Shown here piece by piece: positions 1-8,199 of a DNA stretch of 20,000 nucleotides. Within the stretch, counting starts at the first letter, position 1. Every line of letters starts with the position of its first letter. The notes beneath the pieces were generated by a model that searched no databases, was not told the DNA's origin, and was given only the letters and a program-made list of their open reading frames with translations. The DNA lies in assembly GCA_008369845.1 (NCBI GenBank), contig MRSU01000563.1, positions 47,207 through 67,206 of the forward strand. The letters run 5' to 3'. The position numbers and the translations under genes are program-made. The stretch is from Trichomonas gallinae (Eukaryota).

Positions 1-1887
1 TTGTTCACCAAAATATTTGTAAAAATTATCGAGATCTGTCATAGCTAATGATATCTTCATATACAGTGGTGAATGTGTTTGGTGGAAATAGTCATATGAG
101 TAAAAGTTTGTCACCGAAGATATTGTTGAAACAGAAACAATTGGCAGCATCATGTAAACTGTCATTACGACAACAATCCACTTCGCAAAAGTGTTTGGAT
201 AAAGCGAAATATTGTCTAAAGCTTTCTGTTGTGACAATGACTGTGAATACATCTCGTCAAAATTCTGTTTTTCTTTGGAAGGATTTTTAATTTTGAAGTT
301 TGTTATTCCGTTTCTCGATGGATCTGTCAATAAGGTAAATTTCGTTTGATCATTCTGAACCAATAACTGTCTACACCTACAGAAATCACCTGAGTAGTTT
401 GTTAAATAATCTCTGTATATGTTCATTAGCTCTTTGGAACGTGGATTTCCTTCTATCGCGTATTCAGCCATCTTTTTGAATCTGTGAGATCTCATAGCGA
501 AATTCAGCAAAGTGTTGAATTTTGAATCATCATAATGCATCTCGCACAATGAGTTTACGAAAGCATAGAGATAGATCTTCGTCATCTGCTTCTCTTCTTC
601 AAGCAAGTACATCAAGTTATGCACATCATCTTCATTGACTTGCAGTTTGTTCATTTCGTACTGTAACTCGTATAAAAAAGGTTTTGACGCCAAACTTAAC
701 TTGCGAACATCAACGTGAAACAGCATTTCTCGTATCCTGTGTGGAATTGTGCCGATTATGTTGAGGCATTTTGCGCATTCTATTGTCAAATCATCATCTA
801 TTTCTTCGTCAATTATCGCTATTAACAATTCGTTTAATTCGGAGAACCCAACCATAAACATGTAGTGCACCATCTGCATGAGTTTGTGCGGCCTGAATTT
901 GGGAACCTGTATTCTGTTGTCTACATCCATGCAAACTTCATCTGCTATTTTGTAGCTCTTGTCGTACATTTTGCACAAGATATTGAAAACAGTTTTGCCA
1001 AAGAAAATTCGCCATCCAAGGAAAACGAACATCATAATAATTAAGCAAACAAAAGCGTTGAATTTGAAATGGTAGTAAAACAAAGAAACAATGATGATAG
1101 ACCATGTGTGTCCGGTGATGTTCAAAGCGAATATGTTGACTGATGCCGAAAAATAAGGTAATGTTGTAAACCAAGCGAACATCGAAAAAGAGAGGAACAG
1201 GTTGATGTACAACACTATAACAATTCCACTGTTGTATATAAAAATGAGCACCCATGCTTGTTGCGCTGAGCATGTTAATATGTATAACCAAAAGTAGTGT
1301 AAATGTCTCCAGAAAGAATGACAGATGGAATCTCTTGATGTAGCACTCTTTCTGAACAAAGAACCAACGAATGTGTAAAATGTAAAAATCATCCAAGACA
1401 ATATCGCAATTATTAAAGGAAATATATTCGTTTCTTTCTTAATTACTTGTACTATTATCAATTGTAGTTCAGAAGATGAATAAGCTCCAAAAAGCGGTGA
1501 GATTTCTTGTATAATGAAGCAAAAAACGGAAGGTGTGTGATGTACGATGAATTTTTCGCGATTTCTATAATAGTAGATCAAGTAAAAAGTAAACAAAAGT
1601 CCGAAACTGAACATAAAAAGGGCAACATATTTCGCTCCGATGAAATCTAAGGTCACAAAGTTGTAAACAAGAGTTGAATATAATCTAGCGAAAGTATTTT
1701 CACCGAAACTTCTAATTAATATGTGATAAACAGTGAATTTGAAATATAATAATATCGGCATAATGGTTTCGATGAAATTTCTTACAGCAGGGAATGTATC
1801 CTGTTTAGTGCAGATCATGTGAAAAAAATGAAAGAAATTGCTCCATCCAGTCAGCATAGACCAGATTGGAAATGCATCTTCCTTCAT
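1..1887 (-). CDS. Large multi-pass membrane protein, 3'-partial (>=629 aa); architecture resembles the N-terminal half of trichomonad transmembrane adenylyl cyclase / TmcB-like proteins
   Basis: Manual translation from ATG at 1887 (MKEDAFPIWSMLTGWSNFFHFF...) stays open to base 1 (...YKYFGEQ). It is absent from the ORF track, probably because it has no stop in the window. The first ~300 aa hold many hydrophobic segments (e.g. FIGAKYVALFMFSFGLLFTFYLIYYY, IFPLIIAILSWMIFTFYTFVGSLF, AFVCLIIMMFVFLGWRIFF). A helical soluble region follows (AIEGNPRSKELMNIYRDYL), then another TM segment (WIVVVMTVYMMLPIVSV). No cyclase domain is visible, so the family call is inference. Confidence 0.8.
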   Translation of the reverse strand, partial: MKEDAFPIWSMLTGWSNFFHFFHMICTKQDTFPAVRNFIETIMPILLYFKFTVYHILIRSFGENTFARLYSTLVYNFVTLDFIGAKYVALFMFSFGLLFTFYLIYYYRNREKFIVHHTPSVFCFIIQEISPLFGAYSSSELQLIIVQVIKKETNIFPLIIAILSWMIFTFYTFVGSLFRKSATSRDSICHSFWRHLHYFWLYILTCSAQQAWVLIFIYNSGIVIVLYINLFLSFSMFAWFTTLPYFSASVNIFALNITGHTWSIIIVSLFYYHFKFNAFVCLIIMMFVFLGWRIFFGKTVFNILCKMYDKSYKIADEVCMDVDNRIQVPKFRPHKLMQMVHYMFMVGFSELNELLIAIIDEEIDDDLTIECAKCLNIIGTIPHRIREMLFHVDVRKLSLASKPFLYELQYEMNKLQVNEDDVHNLMYLLEEEKQMTKIYLYAFVNSLCEMHYDDSKFNTLLNFAMRSHRFKKMAEYAIEGNPRSKELMNIYRDYLTNYSGDFCRCRQLLVQNDQTKFTLLTDPSRNGITNFKIKNPSKEKQNFDEMYSQSLSQQKALDNISLYPNTFAKWIVVVMTVYMMLPIVSVSTISSVTNFYSYDYFHQTHSPLYMKISLAMTDLDNFYKYFGEQ

Positions 1888-2687
1888 AATTTTTAATTCA
1901 TTTCTTGTTTAAAAACACTTGTTTGACAGATATGTTCATTCTACTGGTTTTGTTGTAAAAATTTCCTCGTTATTTTTTGAAAGTCGTTTGAAAAATCATT
2001 AAGAAAATTTTGAGAAGAATTATAGTATATCTTCTAAATGTTGTTATTTATCATTGCAAAAATTTCAATGATGGAAAATAAAACAGGGCCTGACAAAAAT
2101 AAAGAGGAGTTAAACATTTTTCTTACATTTTTGATGTACAGGAATTTAACGAATTCTAAAATCCATCAAATGAAGAAATTATTGTAAAAATATCAACTAT
2201 CATTTTAGGGGGAGACGCCAATTGAAAATACTTTTGAATGAGTATTGAAACTGATGAATTTATTAATTACATATAATTATATATTTTTTCATTGTAAATT
2301 ATTTTCAATGAGTAATTTGTCACTTTTTATTTATTTAACTGTAATTCATAGAAATTTCTCTTCTATTTTCGGAATATATACGATTTAGAGATCATAAAAA
2401 TCATCAATAATCGAATTGATTGTTTAATTTCGCATTTTATTGTCCGATTTTGTTTATTCTACACTATTATTCTGATTATATAATGTTACTTTTCATGTTT
2501 TACGTAGAAAAAATAATGACTTTTGTTCAATGATTGATGAAAAATTAATCGAATATAATTACATGCTTTGGATATGATCCTCATGTTATTTAACAATAGA
2601 TAAAGAATATTTTATGCTCTTTCCTTATATTTTCGAATATAAAATTCAATGAAAAAATTATATTTGATAATAACAATTATAAACAAT

Positions 2688-3983
2688 TTATTCTATATTG
2701 GTTCTACATGGTAATTTGCCGTCATTGTTTTTAATAGTGGCATCTCCTCCATTTTCAATAAGATAATTAAAAATATCTTCTTGACTACTAAAATGCAAAG
2801 CAGTGTTTCCTTTATAGTCCTGCTGATTCAAACTAATATGGTTATTAACCAAAATCTTAACAATTTCAAAATTATTATTCCAACATGCATAATGCAAAGC
2901 TGTTCTTCCCTTTTTATCCTTACTATCCAAATTTGTTCCATGTTTGCATAACAACTCTACATTTTCCGCAATATTAAAATCAACTGCAATATAAATCGGA
3001 GTTTGTCTGTTGATATCATTGGCATTAACATCTGCACCATACTTTACAAGCGTATTTATCGCGTGTATATTCTTCATTTTCACTATTCTGTGTAATTCTG
3101 TCCTTCCATATGAATCTTTTCCGTTAATGTCACAACCGTTGTCTATGAAGTACTTCACGAGCGATTCTATGCCGAACGACAGGCAGTAGTTGAAACTCTT
3201 CTGCATGTCAGCATTTAGACAGAGCAGATAAATGAAAAGGTGCAAGTTAGAGAAATTGCTGCAGTCAACAACAGAAGCACGAAGGTTGTATTTATCCTGC
3301 AGGAAAACAACTAAATCTATCGAATGATTTATTATAGCATTCTTCATGCAATCATCATCTATTTTGTCCCGTGCGCGCGTGAGACATTCGTGTATTATGT
3401 CGTTGTTGCCACCAATAAACGAATTTGTCAGCGTGAGCCGAGTTATTTCGCAGCCTAATGATGTTAGACAGCGAAAACAAAGAACGGAGCCGTAAAATGA
3501 TGACCACTCGATTAAAAGCTTCCCATTGATTCTTTCGTTGATATTTATCGAATTATTATTTATATATGATAAGAATGCATCAATATTATCGTTCATTAAG
3601 TAAATCATTAAATCTTCTGTGTGAACGTTTAATAATTTGTCTATTTCTTCTTGATTTGAAGAACTGAGTAATAGTTTAACAATTTTCTTAAACTGTCTGA
3701 ATACTATACCGCTTAAATCGAGATTGTATTTTTGATATAAACTTAAAAAAAGATGCCAATAGCCTCTTGTGTATTTTGGATTGTAATAGCATGCCATATC
3801 GATCATTTTAATAAATAAACTAGGATCTATCTCGTATTTTTCGATGACTTGAAACATTTTATTACACAAAGTATCAACATTGTCTGATGCTAACCTAAAA
3901 ATTCCATCTTCAACTTGAATATATTGGCCATAAAGTGAATATAATTGGTCAAATTTCTCATTGTCTAAAGTTAGCATCGACAT
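2688..3983 (-). CDS. Ankyrin-repeat protein with a DUF3447-like domain
   Basis: C-terminal ankyrin repeats (GRTELHRIV, RQTPIYIAV, GRTALHYAC, GNTALHFS; GADVNA, GCDING) follow a DUF3447-like region (LIEWSSFYGSVLCFRCL...SFIGGNNDIIHECL...CMKNAIINHSIDLVVFL). The ORF extends to 4055, but the ATG at 3983 is preferred because a TCATA initiator-like motif lies at 3993-3997. The stop is part of TAAA. Confidence 0.9.
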   Translation of the reverse strand: MSMLTLDNEKFDQLYSLYGQYIQVEDGIFRLASDNVDTLCNKMFQVIEKYEIDPSLFIKMIDMACYYNPKYTRGYWHLFLSLYQKYNLDLSGIVFRQFKKIVKLLLSSSNQEEIDKLLNVHTEDLMIYLMNDNIDAFLSYINNNSININERINGKLLIEWSSFYGSVLCFRCLTSLGCEITRLTLTNSFIGGNNDIIHECLTRARDKIDDDCMKNAIINHSIDLVVFLQDKYNLRASVVDCSNFSNLHLFIYLLCLNADMQKSFNYCLSFGIESLVKYFIDNGCDINGKDSYGRTELHRIVKMKNIHAINTLVKYGADVNANDINRQTPIYIAVDFNIAENVELLCKHGTNLDSKDKKGRTALHYACWNNNFEIVKILVNNHISLNQQDYKGNTALHFSSQEDIFNYLIENGGDATIKNNDGKLPCRTNIE

Positions 3984-4913
3984 CAATAAAATTATGAGTA
4001 AAAAATCAACTTCATTCCGTTTCAAACTCATATATTTATTCGATTCCGGAATCATGTTGATGGAATTTTAGTGTTTTGATGATTAATTTTTCCCGACAAT
4101 AAAATGAATCATTCCAAAAAGCATTAAATGCATTAAAAGAAGCAAACTATTGTGTATGTTATTTTAGCAGCTACATAATTTGCTTTTTCTACTGATAAAA
4201 TAAATTTGCATAAAAAATATAACTTAATTACACTATTTTATCACCATTAATAAGATATATAGACGTTATAGCTTTGATTTAACTAGTTAAAAATATATGA
4301 TATGGTTTAATATTAAAATCACTAAAAATTGCAATTTCAGCTGAAATTCAATTAGAATATTGGCATATATTGTCTACAGTCTATGTTCCTATTCATATAA
4401 TTTGAATAAATTAGTCAAATTCATTTCAAATTAGTAAAAGGTCAAAGAAACTTGATTTCTTTAGTAAATATTGCTATTATTTTTGATATTCTTTCGTTCT
4501 ATATTACAGCCTTAGTTTTATAAATTTTATTTCGAGTCGGAAATGCAAAATTTGACATTTTCCAGTAAATTCGGTCGGAAATCTGATAAATTTACTCATT
4601 AGGAGCTAAAGACAACTTTCTGTGTTTATATTTTTGAATTAATTTTTCAATCAAACAAAAAAAAAGTTTCTGCAAACACTAAATAAAGTCAATAATATTA
4701 TTTATTATCAAAACAAATTTTAACGTGCTAAAAAAAAACTTTTTTAATATACAAAAATAATAATATATATATTTGATACTTTTTTTGAATATTTTTTTAA
4801 GAAAAAAACTAAAAAATTGATGTTTCTTTGATATGAATCTTTTGGGAGTAATATTGTTTTTCCTATAAAAAAGTTCCTAATTTGTTTAACGTGCTTGTTG
4901 ACATTTTTACATT

Positions 4914-5453
4914 TTGAAGAATCAGTCTCGCGAGAGCTTCTACAGTAGAAAGAGAAATGTCAGGCGTTTCGAAAAGTGGGAAGATATTATGATCATGAAC
5001 GAAGTTAAAACTTACGGATTTGAAGTAGCATTACCGAAGTTGATGCAATATCTCGCTAGAGATAAAAGATCTATAAAGGATAGATATGAGAAGTTCCTGT
5101 CCAAAAATCTGCAGCCATTTACCGAAGAAGAAAATAAACAAATTCTGAAACTCTATAACCAACACCCAGGAAACTGGCGTTTAATTTCTAAGCAATTTTC
5201 CCATAGATCGGATATTCAAATTCGTATACAATACTATAAACTCAAATCTAAAAAATACGCAAACAAACACTTGGAACTATTAAAACAAATATCTGAAAAT
5301 AGTTCATCTGATGACAACAATAGTGACATTAACAAAGAAGAAGATTTATCTTATTTAATTTTTGAAGATGAAAAACTCAAGTCAATATTTGAAGAAGATA
5401 ACAATGTCACGAGATCTATTGATGTTGATGCACTTGTAAGCATTTTCGATTGA
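4914..5453 (+). CDS. Divergent R2R3 Myb-like DNA-binding protein; start codon uncertain
   Basis: Two Myb repeats (RRFEKWEDIMIMNEVKTYG...RDKRSIKDRYEKFL; QPFTEEENKQILKLYNQHPGNWRLISKQFSHRSDIQIRIQYYKL) and an acidic tail. The track start is TTG. An in-frame TGA lies at 4899-4901, and the first in-frame ATG (4989) is inside repeat 1. Confidence 0.75.
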   Translation: MKNQSRESFYSRKRNVRRFEKWEDIMIMNEVKTYGFEVALPKLMQYLARDKRSIKDRYEKFLSKNLQPFTEEENKQILKLYNQHPGNWRLISKQFSHRSDIQIRIQYYKLKSKKYANKHLELLKQISENSSSDDNNSDINKEEDLSYLIFEDEKLKSIFEEDNNVTRSIDVDALVSIFD

Positions 5454-5749
5454 AAAAAAAAAAAAAAATTATATTATTCTTTTTCCTTTTGTCTTTCTTT
5501 CTATAAACTATAAATTTCTTTCCATTCTATTGAGCTGCTATTCATATGATAAGTAGTTTTTTTCTTATTATGTAATAAAATTAAAATAATACCAAAAGAT
5601 TCTTGGATTTGCTTTAAAAACAAATGAATTATGCTAAAACAGTAAATTGAAGATAAGCTTGAATATTGTTATTTTAATAAGTTGAAAATATATATTCGAT
5701 AAAGATAATACAAGATTGATGGTAAATTTTGTAAATATCAATTTTAATG

Positions 5750-6907
5750 TCATGCAATATAACATATTCCACTCCTTCTTCTTGTAACTGTGTGGTGAAC
5801 AATGGATCTGTCTTCATATTCATAATCCCAATCATATTTCTCCCAATCTTTATAAATGTAACTACAATCAAAATCTCTTATAACTTCGCGTCTTAATTTC
5901 CATTTTTTGTAAACATATGAGTATTCTGTGGTGCGATCAAGTTCTCTTTTTGTTTTGTATTCATACATAACAAATGTTCATGAACAGTCATATTCTCTCT
6001 ATCTGTTCGTTGATGTCCATCCGGATTCATATATGTTTCTCATTAATTTATGATTGTATGTGACTGTTCTGTATTTGTCGTAATAGACTTTATAGCGATT
6101 ATCACCACTATACTCATAGTGATCAAATATATTATTTTGCCACTTTGTTTTATCCTCTTCGAGTAACTCTTCATAGGAACAAGTTGTTCTCCAATTCGAG
6201 TACTGGCGCTGATTTCCATTTTTTGTTCCCATCTTTTCTGATCCCTTGGAAATATCCGTACTGTCTCTCTGTTTCTTCTTTGAATACATATAGCGCGTCG
6301 TAGACTTCCTTCGTTAAGAGAACTGACTTATTAAGGACGAAATTACGAAGTCTTTCGAGCTCATTGGCCATTTCTGGTTTATGCATCTTGCGTGTCTCAA
6401 TGAAAAACATTGGAATGTCTGGGACACTCGCTGCACCTGAAATCTTCTTCAAGAATTCCTTTGCTTCATTGTTGTACAGAGTTTGCTTATCATTTCTGTC
6501 GCAGTTGCTCTGGCAGAATGTGAAGATGATACAAAAGTGTGACAAGATCTCATTTGTCTTGAATGTGTCATACAAGAATTTGATTTCATCCATAACACCT
6601 TGGGCGAATCTGCACATCGTGTAAGGCTGAAAAACAGCGATTGCATTGACACCTGTCATGCAGCTTCGAAGGAAATTTCCTAGTCTTTGGGTCTGCACTT
6701 TGTGAATATTCTGGCCATCATTGAAACCCTCTGAGTCAATTGCAATAAGTTTCCTGCCATTAATCATGTTAGAAAATGATTCTGGATCTTTCGTGCAAGG
6801 TGTTGGAAGCTCTGATGTTGCAAAATGTTCAACACCCAAGAAACAATTCAGAACTGATGATTTCCGCATCCAGTGTTTCCGACAACAAATAGTGTTCCTG
6901 TGCTCAT
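5750..6907 (-). pseudogene. AIG1/GIMAP-like P-loop GTPase with C-terminal beta-rich repeats and a CaaX-like end; disrupted
   Basis: ATG 6907 gives MSTGTLFVVGNTGCG. One A is missing at 6861-6863, and the P-loop continues in another frame as KSSVLNCFLG. Other motifs: G2 PCT, G3 IAIDSEG, G4-region CIIFTFC. A second frameshift lies at the A6 run 6219-6224. In-frame TAG at 5999-6001 and TGA at 5978-5980. The frame ends RRRSGICYIA* at 5750. This joins track ORFs 6171..6869, 5999..6289 and 5750..5968. Confidence 0.85.
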
Positions 6908-6930
6908 TAGTCTTAGACTACTGATTTGAG

Positions 6931-6936
6931 AAGTGA
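6931..6936 (-). promoter_or_regulatory. Initiator (Inr) element TCACTT of the AIG1-like gene
   Basis: TCACTT on the minus strand ~24 nt upstream of ATG 6907; matches the trichomonad TCAYW Inr consensus. Confidence 0.55.
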
Positions 6937-6978
6937 AGTTAAGATATTCAATGAATATTTGCTTTTAAAATAAAATTT

Positions 6979-7231
6979 CCACAAAATTGAACTAAAAATT
7001 TAGATTTCCGGCACAATTTTTCACTTTTTTACTGAAATCGTGATTCTCTTTAAAATGCATCTTTGATTTTTTTCATTGAAACAAAAGTGAATTTTGAATA
7101 ACTGTGTTTGGAAGAATAAAAATACCACAAAATTGAACCAGGTACTCAAAAATGCCACAAAATTCTACCACATCATTTTTATATATATTTTTGGTTTGTA
7201 TACAAGTATATATTGCTTTATTTTTTGTGGC
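6979..7231. repeat. Dispersed short repeat CCACAAAATT(GAAC)
   Basis: CCACAAAATTGAAC at 6979-6992 and 7125-7138, CCACAAAATT at 7155-7164, and an inverted GCCACAAAA-like copy at 7221-7231. Confidence 0.7.
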
Positions 7232-7280
7232 AAATTTGTCTAAAATTCTGTTTCTGATACCCTTTTGAATTCAGTCTTGA

Positions 7281-7748
7281 GTTCACATTGACCAACCTCG
7301 ATTCTCTGACTGGATAACAATAAGAGAGTACACGAAAACAGTCACTGAAGTTAAAATTGAGGAGAGAAACAATCAGCACCATTCATTCGTGACAGAGAAT
7401 GGAAACAAATTCGAAATTCTTGTTGATGAGCAGAGGACTGTTACATTAGATTACAAGACAGGCAAGAAGACCGAAGGCCCATGGGGAGAAGTCAACAGGA
7501 GCAAAAAACTTGTTGCACAATCATCATATCATGAAGAAGTTATTGAATACACTGAATATTTTCCATGCGAAAGAGGCTACAAGCTCGTGAAATGCAAAAA
7601 GAGGAGACAAATTCGTACTGATCCAGATGGAAATGTCAGTTATGGTGAATGGGAAGAAGTCTCTGGATCAAGAAATGAAGAGACAGTTAACATGCAGCCA
7701 AGAGTTGTCAAAAAAGTAATCGTCAAAAGAAGTTGCAATATTGCATAA
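7281..7748 (+). pseudogene. 5'-truncated fragment resembling the repeat plus CaaX tail of an AIG1-like protein
   Basis: The frame is open from 7281 (after TGA 7278-7280) to TAA 7748, with no ATG until the last 18 codons (the track start is GTG). Repeats end in Trp motifs (QPRFSDWITI; RTVTLDYKTGKKTEGPWGEV; RQIRTDPDGNVSYGEWEEV), similar to YRTVTYNH...YESGW and QRQYSNW in the neighbouring gene. Ends KKVIVKRSCNIA*; the stop is part of TAAA. Confidence 0.65.
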
Positions 7749-8199
7749 AGTTAAAAATTTTTGCATTTAGTTAATTTTATTTAACTTAGATCTAACCTAG
7801 GTTTGACAGGAAAAGTCGTCAATTTGAATTTAAAGTGAATTGAGTCGTAAATAATCGTTTGTTATGTAAACACTTATAACATTAACAACAATTCCGCACA
7901 AAACAGTGAATGCTGTGACTGCCAAGCTATATGAATTCAATATGAGTCTTTTTATAACTAAATTATTTTAAAAAAAAAAACTAAAAGTATAAAGCTGCTC
8001 CTGACTGAATCTAAGACTTTGATTGCATTTATAGCTAATAATACCAAAGCAGACATAATTTTCGTTTAAAAATATTCTGCAAAAATATTTAATTTTTTAA
8101 ACAATAAATGAGCTCATCATATTAATCCTAAATGATAGATAATATGCATTGCATCGTGCTTATTGATCTAATACAAGTCAAATAAAGAAAAAATTCAAT

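Noticed and set aside
48..1396. Track ORFs 48..290 (+) and 938..1396 (-)
   Set aside because: Antisense and alternate-frame shadows of the long 1887..<1 gene.
5978..6001. Alternative genetic code or stop readthrough as the explanation for in-frame stops
   Set aside because: Intact genes here terminate with TAA and TGA and have no internal stops, and the disrupted genes also carry frameshifts.
6171..6869. 232-aa ORF as a complete gene
   Set aside because: Its ATG lies inside the split P-loop and its C-terminus is out-of-frame sequence after the second frameshift.
5674..6924. Track ORFs 5674..5871, 6364..6624, 6449..6652 and 6721..6924
   Set aside because: They overlap the AIG1-like pseudogene in other frames or strands and have no motifs.
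7050..7090. Minus-strand TCACTT followed by ATG (MKKIKDAF*)
   Set aside because: Only 8 codons; expected by chance in AT-rich DNA.
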